From NCBI GenBank assembly GCA_037441385.1, contig JBBISH010000128.1, forward strand, positions 1 to 16,966: a stretch of 16,966 bases of DNA. The letters are read 5' to 3'. Numbering within the stretch: position 1 is the first letter of the stretch; each line of letters starts with the position of its first letter. Under the pieces are notes generated by a model. The model made no database searches and had not been told where the DNA came from. It worked only from the letters and a program-made list of their open reading frames with translations. The position numbers and the translations under genes are program-made. The DNA comes from Myxococcales bacterium. GTDB taxonomy: Bacteria; Myxococcota_A; UBA9042. Of the stretch, positions 1 through 6,437 are shown piece by piece.

Positions 1-222
1 CGCCATTTGCTGCGGAAAATCAGCCGAGTAGAGCCCATGGTAGTGATTCGCCATCACGGTGAACGCGTGGACCCTGACGCCCGTCGCGGCCTGGGCCTCG
101 GCCATCGCGCCGATCAGGTGTTCCTGAAATCCGCGATCCTCCGTGCAAAGTGAGAACTTCCCGTCCAGCGTGCGCAGCGTGACGAGGTGCAGCAAACTGG
201 GGTCGTACAGACGAATCGGCAT
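1..222 (-). CDS. HUH (Y1) tyrosine transposase, RAYT/IS200-like; 5' part only, runs off the window edge
   Basis: Manual translation from ATG 222: MPIRLYDPSLLHLVTLRTLDGKFSLCTEDRGFQEHLIGAMAEAQAATGVRVHAFTVMANHYHGLYSADFPQQMA, with no stop before base 1. It has the N-terminal H-x-V-T-x-R strand and the 'GVRVHAFTVMANHYH' HUH motif (HYH at 37..45) typical of Y1_Tnp/RAYT. GGGGA (228..232) lies 5 nt upstream of the ATG. The catalytic Tyr would be outside the window. Confidence 0.85.
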   Translation of the reverse strand, partial: MPIRLYDPSLLHLVTLRTLDGKFSLCTEDRGFQEHLIGAMAEAQAATGVRVHAFTVMANHYHGLYSADFPQQMA

Positions 223-228
223 GGCGGT

Positions 229-381
229 CCCCGCGGGCACTCCTGGCTCGCTGATCAGGTGATCGATGCGAGCGCGGGTTTTGCCGCGGGTCTGGACAAA
301 GAAAGTCATTGCCGACAGTGCACCAGGAGCCCCGTTCATCAATGAACACAATAAATTCAGATAGTAGAAATTGCCCCCCAA
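229..381. repeat. Structured non-coding repeat unit A (153 nt)
   Basis: 343..381 matches 503..541 at 33/39 positions, including identical TAGAAATTGCCCCCCAA (365..381). About 229..289 aligns with about 382..444 (gcggg...tgatca(c)gg(t/c)gatc...ccgcgg). The middle part is poorly conserved. Confidence 0.75.
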
Positions 382-541
382 CCGTGCGGGTCGGCAAGAC
401 CCGTTGATCACGGCGATCAACGCGGGTCCGGCATTCTTCCGCGGAGCCGCGCATCTGAACCTAGCTGTGCCCAAAACAGCCACGTTGGCAGAGCGGCCCG
501 GCTGAATTCAACAAATTCAGCCACTAGAAATTGCCCCCCAA
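382..541. repeat. Structured non-coding repeat unit B (160 nt), directly abutting unit A
   Basis: Hairpins: CGGGTC/GACCCG (387..403), CGTTGATC/GATCAACG (402..422), GCTGT/ACAGC (464..480), perfect GGCTGAATT/AATTCAGCC (500..522). The 17-nt core is at 525..541. Confidence 0.75.
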
Positions 542-551
542 TTGATCGGGG

Positions 552-3500
552 CTATGCGGTTCGCTTCAGCTTCATGCCGCTGAATTTGGCGAGCAGGGGC
601 GCCGCCAGCCCGAACATCGCCGGCAGCACGATGAGCGTGAGCGCGCAGGCCGAGAGGGTGCCCCCGACGATGACGGCGGCGATGGGCCGCTGAGTCTCGG
701 AGCCGATGCCGTGGCTGAGCATCGCGGGCACCAGGCCCAAGGCCGCAAGGGCGGCGGTCATCAGCACGGGTCGCAGCCGCTCCTGGCAGCCCAGGCGCAG
801 CGCCATCTCGAGCGACTGCCCGTGTTTCTGCCGCTCCAGCACGGCGGTCAGCACCAGCACGCCGTTGAGCGACGCCTGGCCGATGAGAGCGATGAAGCCG
901 ACCGCCGCCGCCACGCTCAGAGGCATGTCCAACCACGCCAGCGCCGCCACGCCGCCGATCAGGGCAAACGGCACGTTCAATAGCACCAAAGTCGCCGGCG
1001 CCAGCTGCCCAAACGCCTGGAAAAGCAGGATCAGCGTCAGCAGCAGCGCGACCGGCACCACCAGCGCCAGCCGGGCCATCGCGCGCTCCTTGTTCTCGAA
1101 CTCGCCGCCCCACTCCACTTGCACGTCGCCCGGCATCTTCACGCCGTTCTTGACCTTCTGCTGGGCCTCCGTCACAAACGAGCCCATGTCCCGGCCGCGC
1201 ACGTTCATCCGCACGCCGATGTAGCGCCGCCCATTCTCGCGATTGATCGACGCCCGGCCAAAGCCGATCTCCGTCTTCGCCAGGGCCTCCAGGGGCACGA
1301 ACGTGCCGCCCGGCACCGCGATCGGCAGCTTCCGCAGCTTCTCTACGTCGTCGCGCGCCGCCAACGGATAGCGCAGCACCACGTCGAACTTCATCTCGCC
1401 ATCCCAGAACACCCCCACCGGCGCGCCGCCCAGGGCCGCCTGCACCAGATGCTGGAAGTCCTCCATATCCAAGCCATACCGCGACAGCGCCGCCCGCGAC
1501 GGCTGCAGCTTCAGCGACGGCACCGTACCCGACTTGACCAGCCCCACGTCCGCGGCCCCCGGCACTTTCGCAATGATGTTCTTGGTCTGCTCGGCCAGCG
1601 ACTGCAGCGTCGCCATGTCGCGCCCATAGATCTTGACCGCGATCTGCCCCTGCTGACCCGAGATCGACTCGTTCACGTTGTCGCGAATCGGCTGCGAAAA
1701 ACCGATGTCGAGCCCCGGCATCTCTTGCAGGGCCTGGTTGCCGGCCCGGACCACATCTTCGATCCCTTTGAAGTTCTTGGGCCAATCCGCCGGATGCTTC
1801 AACTTGATGAACGCCTCCAGGTTGTTGCTCAGCTTGGCGTCGGTGCCGTCTTCCGGCCGGCCCAGCTGGGTCGACACCTCGTCCACCACCGGCAGCTTCT
1901 CCAGCAGCTCCGTGAACCGCGGCACCAGCGTCCGCGCCTGCGCCAGGCTCACGTTCGACGGCAGGGTCACCGTGGCATAGATCGCGCCCTCATTCAGTTC
2001 CGGCAGGAATTCGCTCCCCAATTTCGGCACAGCCAACACCGAGACCACCAGCCCGGCCGTGCTCGCGGCCAGCACGATCCACGGGTGCGCCAGCGCCCAG
2101 CTCAGCGCCGGGGTATACGCCCACTGGGCCAGCTTCAGCACAGGCGAAACCCGGTGCTTCATTGGCTTGCGCCACACCAGCGTCGCCAGCACCGGCACCA
2201 GGGTCAGCGAGAACACCAGCGCGCCCAGCAAGGCCGCCACCACTGTGTTCGACATCGGCGCAAAAATGCGGCCCTCCACGCGCTCCAGAAGAAAGATCGG
2301 CAGATATGCGGCAATGATGATCAGCAGCGCGTACACCGTCGGCTGCACCACCTCGCCCACCGCGTGGCGGATCCGGTCGCTCAACGTCCCGTGCCGTTCG
2401 GCGTGCGCGCCGTCGTGCTGACTCAAGCTGTGCACGATCGACTCGACGATCACCACCGAACCATCCACGATGATGCCAAAGTCGATCGCGCCCATACTCA
2501 ACAGATTCGCCGACATCCCGCGCAGCTTCAGGTACAGGAACGCCGTCAGCAGGCTCAACGGAATCACCGCCGCCACCACCAGCGCCGCCCGCAGATCCAG
2601 CAAGAAGATGTACAAGACGAAGACGACCAGCAGCGCGCCTTCCAACAGGTTCTTCCCCACGGTCTTCAGGGTCGTATCCACCAGCTCGGTGCGGTCGTAG
2701 AACGGCGAGATCGTCACCCCCTTGGGCAACAGCCCGCCGCCGTTGAGCTTGTCGACCTGCTCGCGCAGGCGCGCCAACACCGTGCTCGGGTTCTCGCCGC
2801 GGCGCATCAGCACGATGCCCTCAACGGCGTCGTAGTCGTGGGCCCGGCTCACCACGCCCTGGCGCGGCGTCCAGCCCTCGGTCACGGTCGCCACGTCGCG
2901 CACCAGCACCGGCGTGCCCTGGAACGTTGCAACCCGCGTCTCGCCCAGCTCGTCCAGCGAGTTCAACAAGCCCTCGCTGCGAATCACGATCTGCTCGTGG
3001 CCGCGCTCCAACACGCCGCCCGAAGCGTTCTGCGAGGCCTTGCGCAGCGCCGTCTCCAGATCCTCCATCGTCAGCGAAAACGCCGCGAGCTGCGCCGGCT
3101 TGGGCTCCACGTGCACCTCGCGCACCAGCCCGCCGTAGCTCACCACGTCGGCCACGCCTTGCACGCGCATCAATTGCGGCCGCACCGTCCACTCTTGCAG
3201 CGTCCGCAGTTTCAACGGGTCGTCTTGCGCGCCCTTCAGCGTGTAGCGGTAGATCTCGCCGATCGGCGTCGCCAGCGGGCCCAACTGCGGCACCGCCCCC
3301 TCGGGCAACTCGGCCGCCCGCAACCGCTCCAGCACCTGGGCGCGAGCAAAAAGCACGTCCGTGTTGTCGTCAAAGGTCAGCGTCACGTACGACAAGCCGA
3401 ACAAGCTGATGTTGCGCAGCCGCGTCATCCCCGGCGCGCCATTCAGCGCGCGCTCCAACGGCAGACCGATCTGGCGCTCCACTTCTTCGGACGGCTGGCC

Positions 3501-3662
3501 CTCGAACAGCGTGATGATGTTCACCTGCGTGTCGGTCGGGTCCGGGAAGGCCTCCACCGGCAGGCCGCGGAAGGCCTGGAAGCCCGCCACCGCGACGATG
3601 AGCGTAAAGACGACCACCGCCATGCGGTTGCGCAGCGAAAAGGCGACAAGGTGCTCGAACAT
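552..3662 (-). CDS. czcA: CzcA/CusA-family heavy-metal efflux RND permease (CzcA-like)
   Basis: 1036 aa with RND topology; 'EAFPDPTDTQV', TM4 'GAIDFGIIVDGSVVIVES' (CzcA-type DFG..D..E), 'GSEFLPELNEG', 'RLRPVLMTA', 'GSETQRPIA'. Confidence 0.95.
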   Translation of the reverse strand: MFEHLVAFSLRNRMAVVVFTLIVAVAGFQAFRGLPVEAFPDPTDTQVNIITLFEGQPSEEVERQIGLPLERALNGAPGMTRLRNISLFGLSYVTLTFDDNTDVLFARAQVLERLRAAELPEGAVPQLGPLATPIGEIYRYTLKGAQDDPLKLRTLQEWTVRPQLMRVQGVADVVSYGGLVREVHVEPKPAQLAAFSLTMEDLETALRKASQNASGGVLERGHEQIVIRSEGLLNSLDELGETRVATFQGTPVLVRDVATVTEGWTPRQGVVSRAHDYDAVEGIVLMRRGENPSTVLARLREQVDKLNGGGLLPKGVTISPFYDRTELVDTTLKTVGKNLLEGALLVVFVLYIFLLDLRAALVVAAVIPLSLLTAFLYLKLRGMSANLLSMGAIDFGIIVDGSVVIVESIVHSLSQHDGAHAERHGTLSDRIRHAVGEVVQPTVYALLIIIAAYLPIFLLERVEGRIFAPMSNTVVAALLGALVFSLTLVPVLATLVWRKPMKHRVSPVLKLAQWAYTPALSWALAHPWIVLAASTAGLVVSVLAVPKLGSEFLPELNEGAIYATVTLPSNVSLAQARTLVPRFTELLEKLPVVDEVSTQLGRPEDGTDAKLSNNLEAFIKLKHPADWPKNFKGIEDVVRAGNQALQEMPGLDIGFSQPIRDNVNESISGQQGQIAVKIYGRDMATLQSLAEQTKNIIAKVPGAADVGLVKSGTVPSLKLQPSRAALSRYGLDMEDFQHLVQAALGGAPVGVFWDGEMKFDVVLRYPLAARDDVEKLRKLPIAVPGGTFVPLEALAKTEIGFGRASINRENGRRYIGVRMNVRGRDMGSFVTEAQQKVKNGVKMPGDVQVEWGGEFENKERAMARLALVVPVALLLTLILLFQAFGQLAPATLVLLNVPFALIGGVAALAWLDMPLSVAAAVGFIALIGQASLNGVLVLTAVLERQKHGQSLEMALRLGCQERLRPVLMTAALAALGLVPAMLSHGIGSETQRPIAAVIVGGTLSACALTLIVLPAMFGLAAPLLAKFSGMKLKRTA

Positions 3663-3692
3663 GCTGGGGACCGCCTGCGGGTTGCGCTGCTG

Positions 3693-4925
3693 CTACTTGG
3701 CCAACACCATCGCGTTCAGGAGCAAAAGCGCCCCCTCTACGGCCACCTGCTCGCCCACCTTCAAGCCCGCCAGGATCTCGACCCGGCCATCGCGCTGTCG
3801 GCCGGGCTGCACATCACGGCGCTCCAGGGCACCACTGGGCAGCTTGACGAATACGACGCTGCGCTCGTCGTCCGTCACGACCGAAGCCGTTGGAATCACG
3901 ATGCGCGGCGCACCGGCCGGGGCAAAAGCCACCTGCGCCCAGGCATTGGGGCGCATGTGCCCGTCTTTGTTGTCCACCCGGACCCGCACGTCGACCGTGT
4001 GCCGATCGGGGTCCACCAGCGGGCTCACCCACGTCACCGTGCCCATCGCCGAGCGCGAGGGCGACGACGGCAGCCACACCCGCGCCTGCTGGGTCTCTTC
4101 GATCCCGCCGACTTCGGCCTCGGGCACGCTCGCCACCGCCCACACCTGATCCAGCTCGGCAATCACCACCAGCGGCTCGGTGCGGTCCGGCCCCACTTCT
4201 TGCCCCGGCGCCACATCGCGCAGCACCACCACGCCGGCGCGCGGCGCCAGGATCTCGAAGCGCCCGCTCGCTTCGCTGTGCACCCGCAGGCTGTGCTGCT
4301 TGAGCTCGGCCGCGTCCAGCGCCACCTTGGCCTCTTCATAGGCCTCGCGCGCCGCCACCAGGTCCTTCTCGGGCGCGGCCTGCAGCTGCACCAGCGAGGT
4401 GATCCGCGCTAAGTTCCGTTTCTGCGCCGACAGGTGCGCCTGCGCCAACCGCGCCTCAGCCTGCAGATCCACCAAGGCACCCGACCGCACGGCCAGGAGC
4501 ACGTCGCCCGCCTTGACCTCTTGGCCCAGGCGCACCGCCACCGAGTCCACCAAACCCTGCAGCGGCGAACTGACCCGCGAGGTCTTGGTTTCGTCCACGG
4601 CGATGCGCCCCGCCACCGGCAGTGGCTCGATCGGCTTGTCCAGCGCGGCTGGAGCGAACTTGACGTACGCCCACGACGAACTTCCTGTCGGAATCGACAC
4701 TTCTTTGCCCTGCACCTGCACCGGCGCCACCGCCAGTTCGGGCATCTTCTCGGCCTTGTTCAGGGTGCTCCAGGCAAAGGCCGCCAGCCCCGCGGTCATC
4801 ACGACCACCGCCACCACCGTCACCACCGGCGACGAGCGGCGCTGCGTCCGGGGCGGCGGATCGTGGGGATGGGGGGCCGTCGACTCGCGGGGGCCGCTAT
4901 CGCCGTGCACGGGCGTCTCGCTCAT
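3693..4925 (-). CDS. czcB: RND efflux periplasmic adaptor (membrane fusion protein), CzcB-like
   Basis: 410 aa; N-terminal TM anchor, lipoyl-like 'VRLGQEVKAGDVLL', alpha-hairpin, 'VSPLVDPDRHTVDVRV', 'GLKVGEQVAVEGALLL'; AGGA just upstream of the ATG; lies between the OMF and RND genes. Confidence 0.92.
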   Translation of the reverse strand: MSETPVHGDSGPRESTAPHPHDPPPRTQRRSSPVVTVVAVVVMTAGLAAFAWSTLNKAEKMPELAVAPVQVQGKEVSIPTGSSSWAYVKFAPAALDKPIEPLPVAGRIAVDETKTSRVSSPLQGLVDSVAVRLGQEVKAGDVLLAVRSGALVDLQAEARLAQAHLSAQKRNLARITSLVQLQAAPEKDLVAAREAYEEAKVALDAAELKQHSLRVHSEASGRFEILAPRAGVVVLRDVAPGQEVGPDRTEPLVVIAELDQVWAVASVPEAEVGGIEETQQARVWLPSSPSRSAMGTVTWVSPLVDPDRHTVDVRVRVDNKDGHMRPNAWAQVAFAPAGAPRIVIPTASVVTDDERSVVFVKLPSGALERRDVQPGRQRDGRVEILAGLKVGEQVAVEGALLLLNAMVLAK

Positions 4926-4976
4926 GATCGTCCTATCGCTCGGTCGCCGCAGCGCCCGGCCAGGTTGGGGGACTCG

Positions 4977-6299
4977 TCAGGGCGCCCAGCGCGGCAGGGT
5001 CGCCGTCGAACGGCGGGCCACCAGCAGGGCATCAAAGGCATCTTCTTCCAGGTCCAGGCGTTCCAGCACGATGCTGCGCCAGGCCTGACGCGCCAGGATG
5101 AGCTCGGTCAGCGACACCGCACCGCGGCGGTGCATGTCGTTCATCACCTCGACCACCTTGGCGGCCCGGCCGATCGCGTCGTCCAGGGCCTGTTCGCGGG
5201 CCTTGCCCGTCTGCAGGCGCCGAATCGCCCCGGCAAAGGACTGCTTGCCGCTCGCGTCGATGGCGGCGCGGAGGTCGCGCGTCCGGGCCAGGTTGGCGCG
5301 GCTGGCATGGCGATCGGCCTGGCCTGCGTCCAGAACGGGCAAGGTCACGCCCACGCCCACGCTCACACTTTGCTGCTGATTGCCCGAGATCACAAAATTG
5401 TCCCACAAATAACCCACGCGCGCCGACACGTCCGGGATCGCGCGGGTATCGGCCAGGGCCGCCAACTGCCGCGCCTGCTCGGCCTGAGCGCGCAACACCG
5501 CCACATCGCTGCGGCGCTCGACCACCGTCTCGGACCACTCGCCAGGCAGCGCGACGGCATGCTGGCCCTGCAGCCACGCCCGCGCCTCTGCCGCGTCGGC
5601 AAAGGGCGCACACGCCACGCCGGTCATCGCCGCACAACTGGCCAACGCATCAACCAATTGCCGGTCCAGGCCCGAGCGCTGCGCCAACAGCCGCTGGTGC
5701 TCCACTTCGGCCCGGGTCACGTCAACGCCCGACACATCGCCCTTGCCGGCGCGCGCACGCTGCAGGTCCAACAGCTCCATGCTCGACGCCACGAGCGCGT
5801 CGAACGCGGCCTGTCGGACCTGGATCAGCGCGATGTGGCCAATGCCCTCCAGCAGACTAAAGAACTCGCCATTCAGCACGTCGCGCGCGGCCAGCTTGGC
5901 CACGGCCACCCCCGCTTGCGCCAGGGCTCGCCGCGCCGGCCGCTTGCCGGGCTCGAACTGCTGCGAAACGCCCAGACCCAAGTTCGAGACCTGGCCGATG
6001 GCATTGCGCAATCCCGGCGGCGTCGTGGTCCCTACCGGAATGGTGCCCCAGGTGGCGTCCACCATGGGGTTCTGCCACAGCCCGGCTTGCACCACCGCCG
6101 CCCCGGCCAGCTCCGCATCGGCACGGGCCGCCAGCACCGCCGGCGCATGCTCCCACAACCACCCCAGCAGTTGCGGTTCATCGGCATAGTGGGCTGGGCC
6201 CAGGGTCGCGGGCTCTGCCGCAGCCGGACGCGCCCCGGCCAGCACGACCAGGATGGCTGCGCACCAAACCGGCAGCAGGAATCGAAGACTAAACTGCAT
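4977..6299 (-). CDS. czcC: TolC-family outer membrane efflux protein, CzcC-like
   Basis: Motifs 'GLWQNP', 'VSQQFEPGKRPARR', 'RAGKGDVSGVDV', 'RRSDV', 'GVTLPVLD', 'GAVSLTELI'. Start moved from 6419 to ATG 6299, which yields a signal peptide (MQFSLRFLLPVWCAAILVVLAGARPAAA). Confidence 0.9.
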   Translation of the reverse strand: MQFSLRFLLPVWCAAILVVLAGARPAAAEPATLGPAHYADEPQLLGWLWEHAPAVLAARADAELAGAAVVQAGLWQNPMVDATWGTIPVGTTTPPGLRNAIGQVSNLGLGVSQQFEPGKRPARRALAQAGVAVAKLAARDVLNGEFFSLLEGIGHIALIQVRQAAFDALVASSMELLDLQRARAGKGDVSGVDVTRAEVEHQRLLAQRSGLDRQLVDALASCAAMTGVACAPFADAAEARAWLQGQHAVALPGEWSETVVERRSDVAVLRAQAEQARQLAALADTRAIPDVSARVGYLWDNFVISGNQQQSVSVGVGVTLPVLDAGQADRHASRANLARTRDLRAAIDASGKQSFAGAIRRLQTGKAREQALDDAIGRAAKVVEVMNDMHRRGAVSLTELILARQAWRSIVLERLDLEEDAFDALLVARRSTATLPRWAP

Positions 6300-6354
6300 T
6301 CGTGGGTAATCTCTCTGCGCGCCAGGCAGGCCTGCGACGCTCTGAGAACCCAGC

Positions 6355-6390
6355 ATGATACATCGGACAACCCATACATTCACAATGGGT
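6355..6390 (-). promoter_or_regulatory. Putative czcCBA promoter with an overlapping dyad operator
   Basis: Minus strand TTGTGA (6385..6380), 19-nt spacer, TATCAT (6360..6355). Inverted repeat ACCCAT-N9-ATGGGT (6370..6390) in a locally AT-richer patch. Confidence 0.45.
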
Positions 6391-6437
6391 ATCGGGCGCA
6401 AATCCACGTTGGGCTCCAACTATTCTCGTGGCAGCGG

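Noticed and set aside
20..454. Track ORF of 144 aa on the minus strand
   Set aside because: No recognisable motif, runs through the structured repeat units, and is out of frame with the HUH gene (1..222), which has a clear family motif.
343..541. CRISPR array interpretation of the 39-nt direct repeats
   Set aside because: Only two copies with 6 mismatches, a 121-nt intervening sequence that is itself partly repeated, and no cas genes in the window.
1119..4412. 1097-aa plus-strand ORF
   Set aside because: Antisense shadow of czcA/czcB caused by high-GC codon bias; R/H/Q-rich composition with no domains.
552..6299. czcC, czcB and czcA share one reading frame separated by single stop codons (possible read-through fusion)
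   Set aside because: Shared frame has a 1-in-9 chance and short GC-rich spacers are often stop-free. Each protein has its own targeting signal or location, and czcB has its own SD.
6300..6419. N-terminal extension of the TolC ORF to 6419
   Set aside because: It covers the putative promoter/operator, and the signal peptide begins at Met41 (6299).
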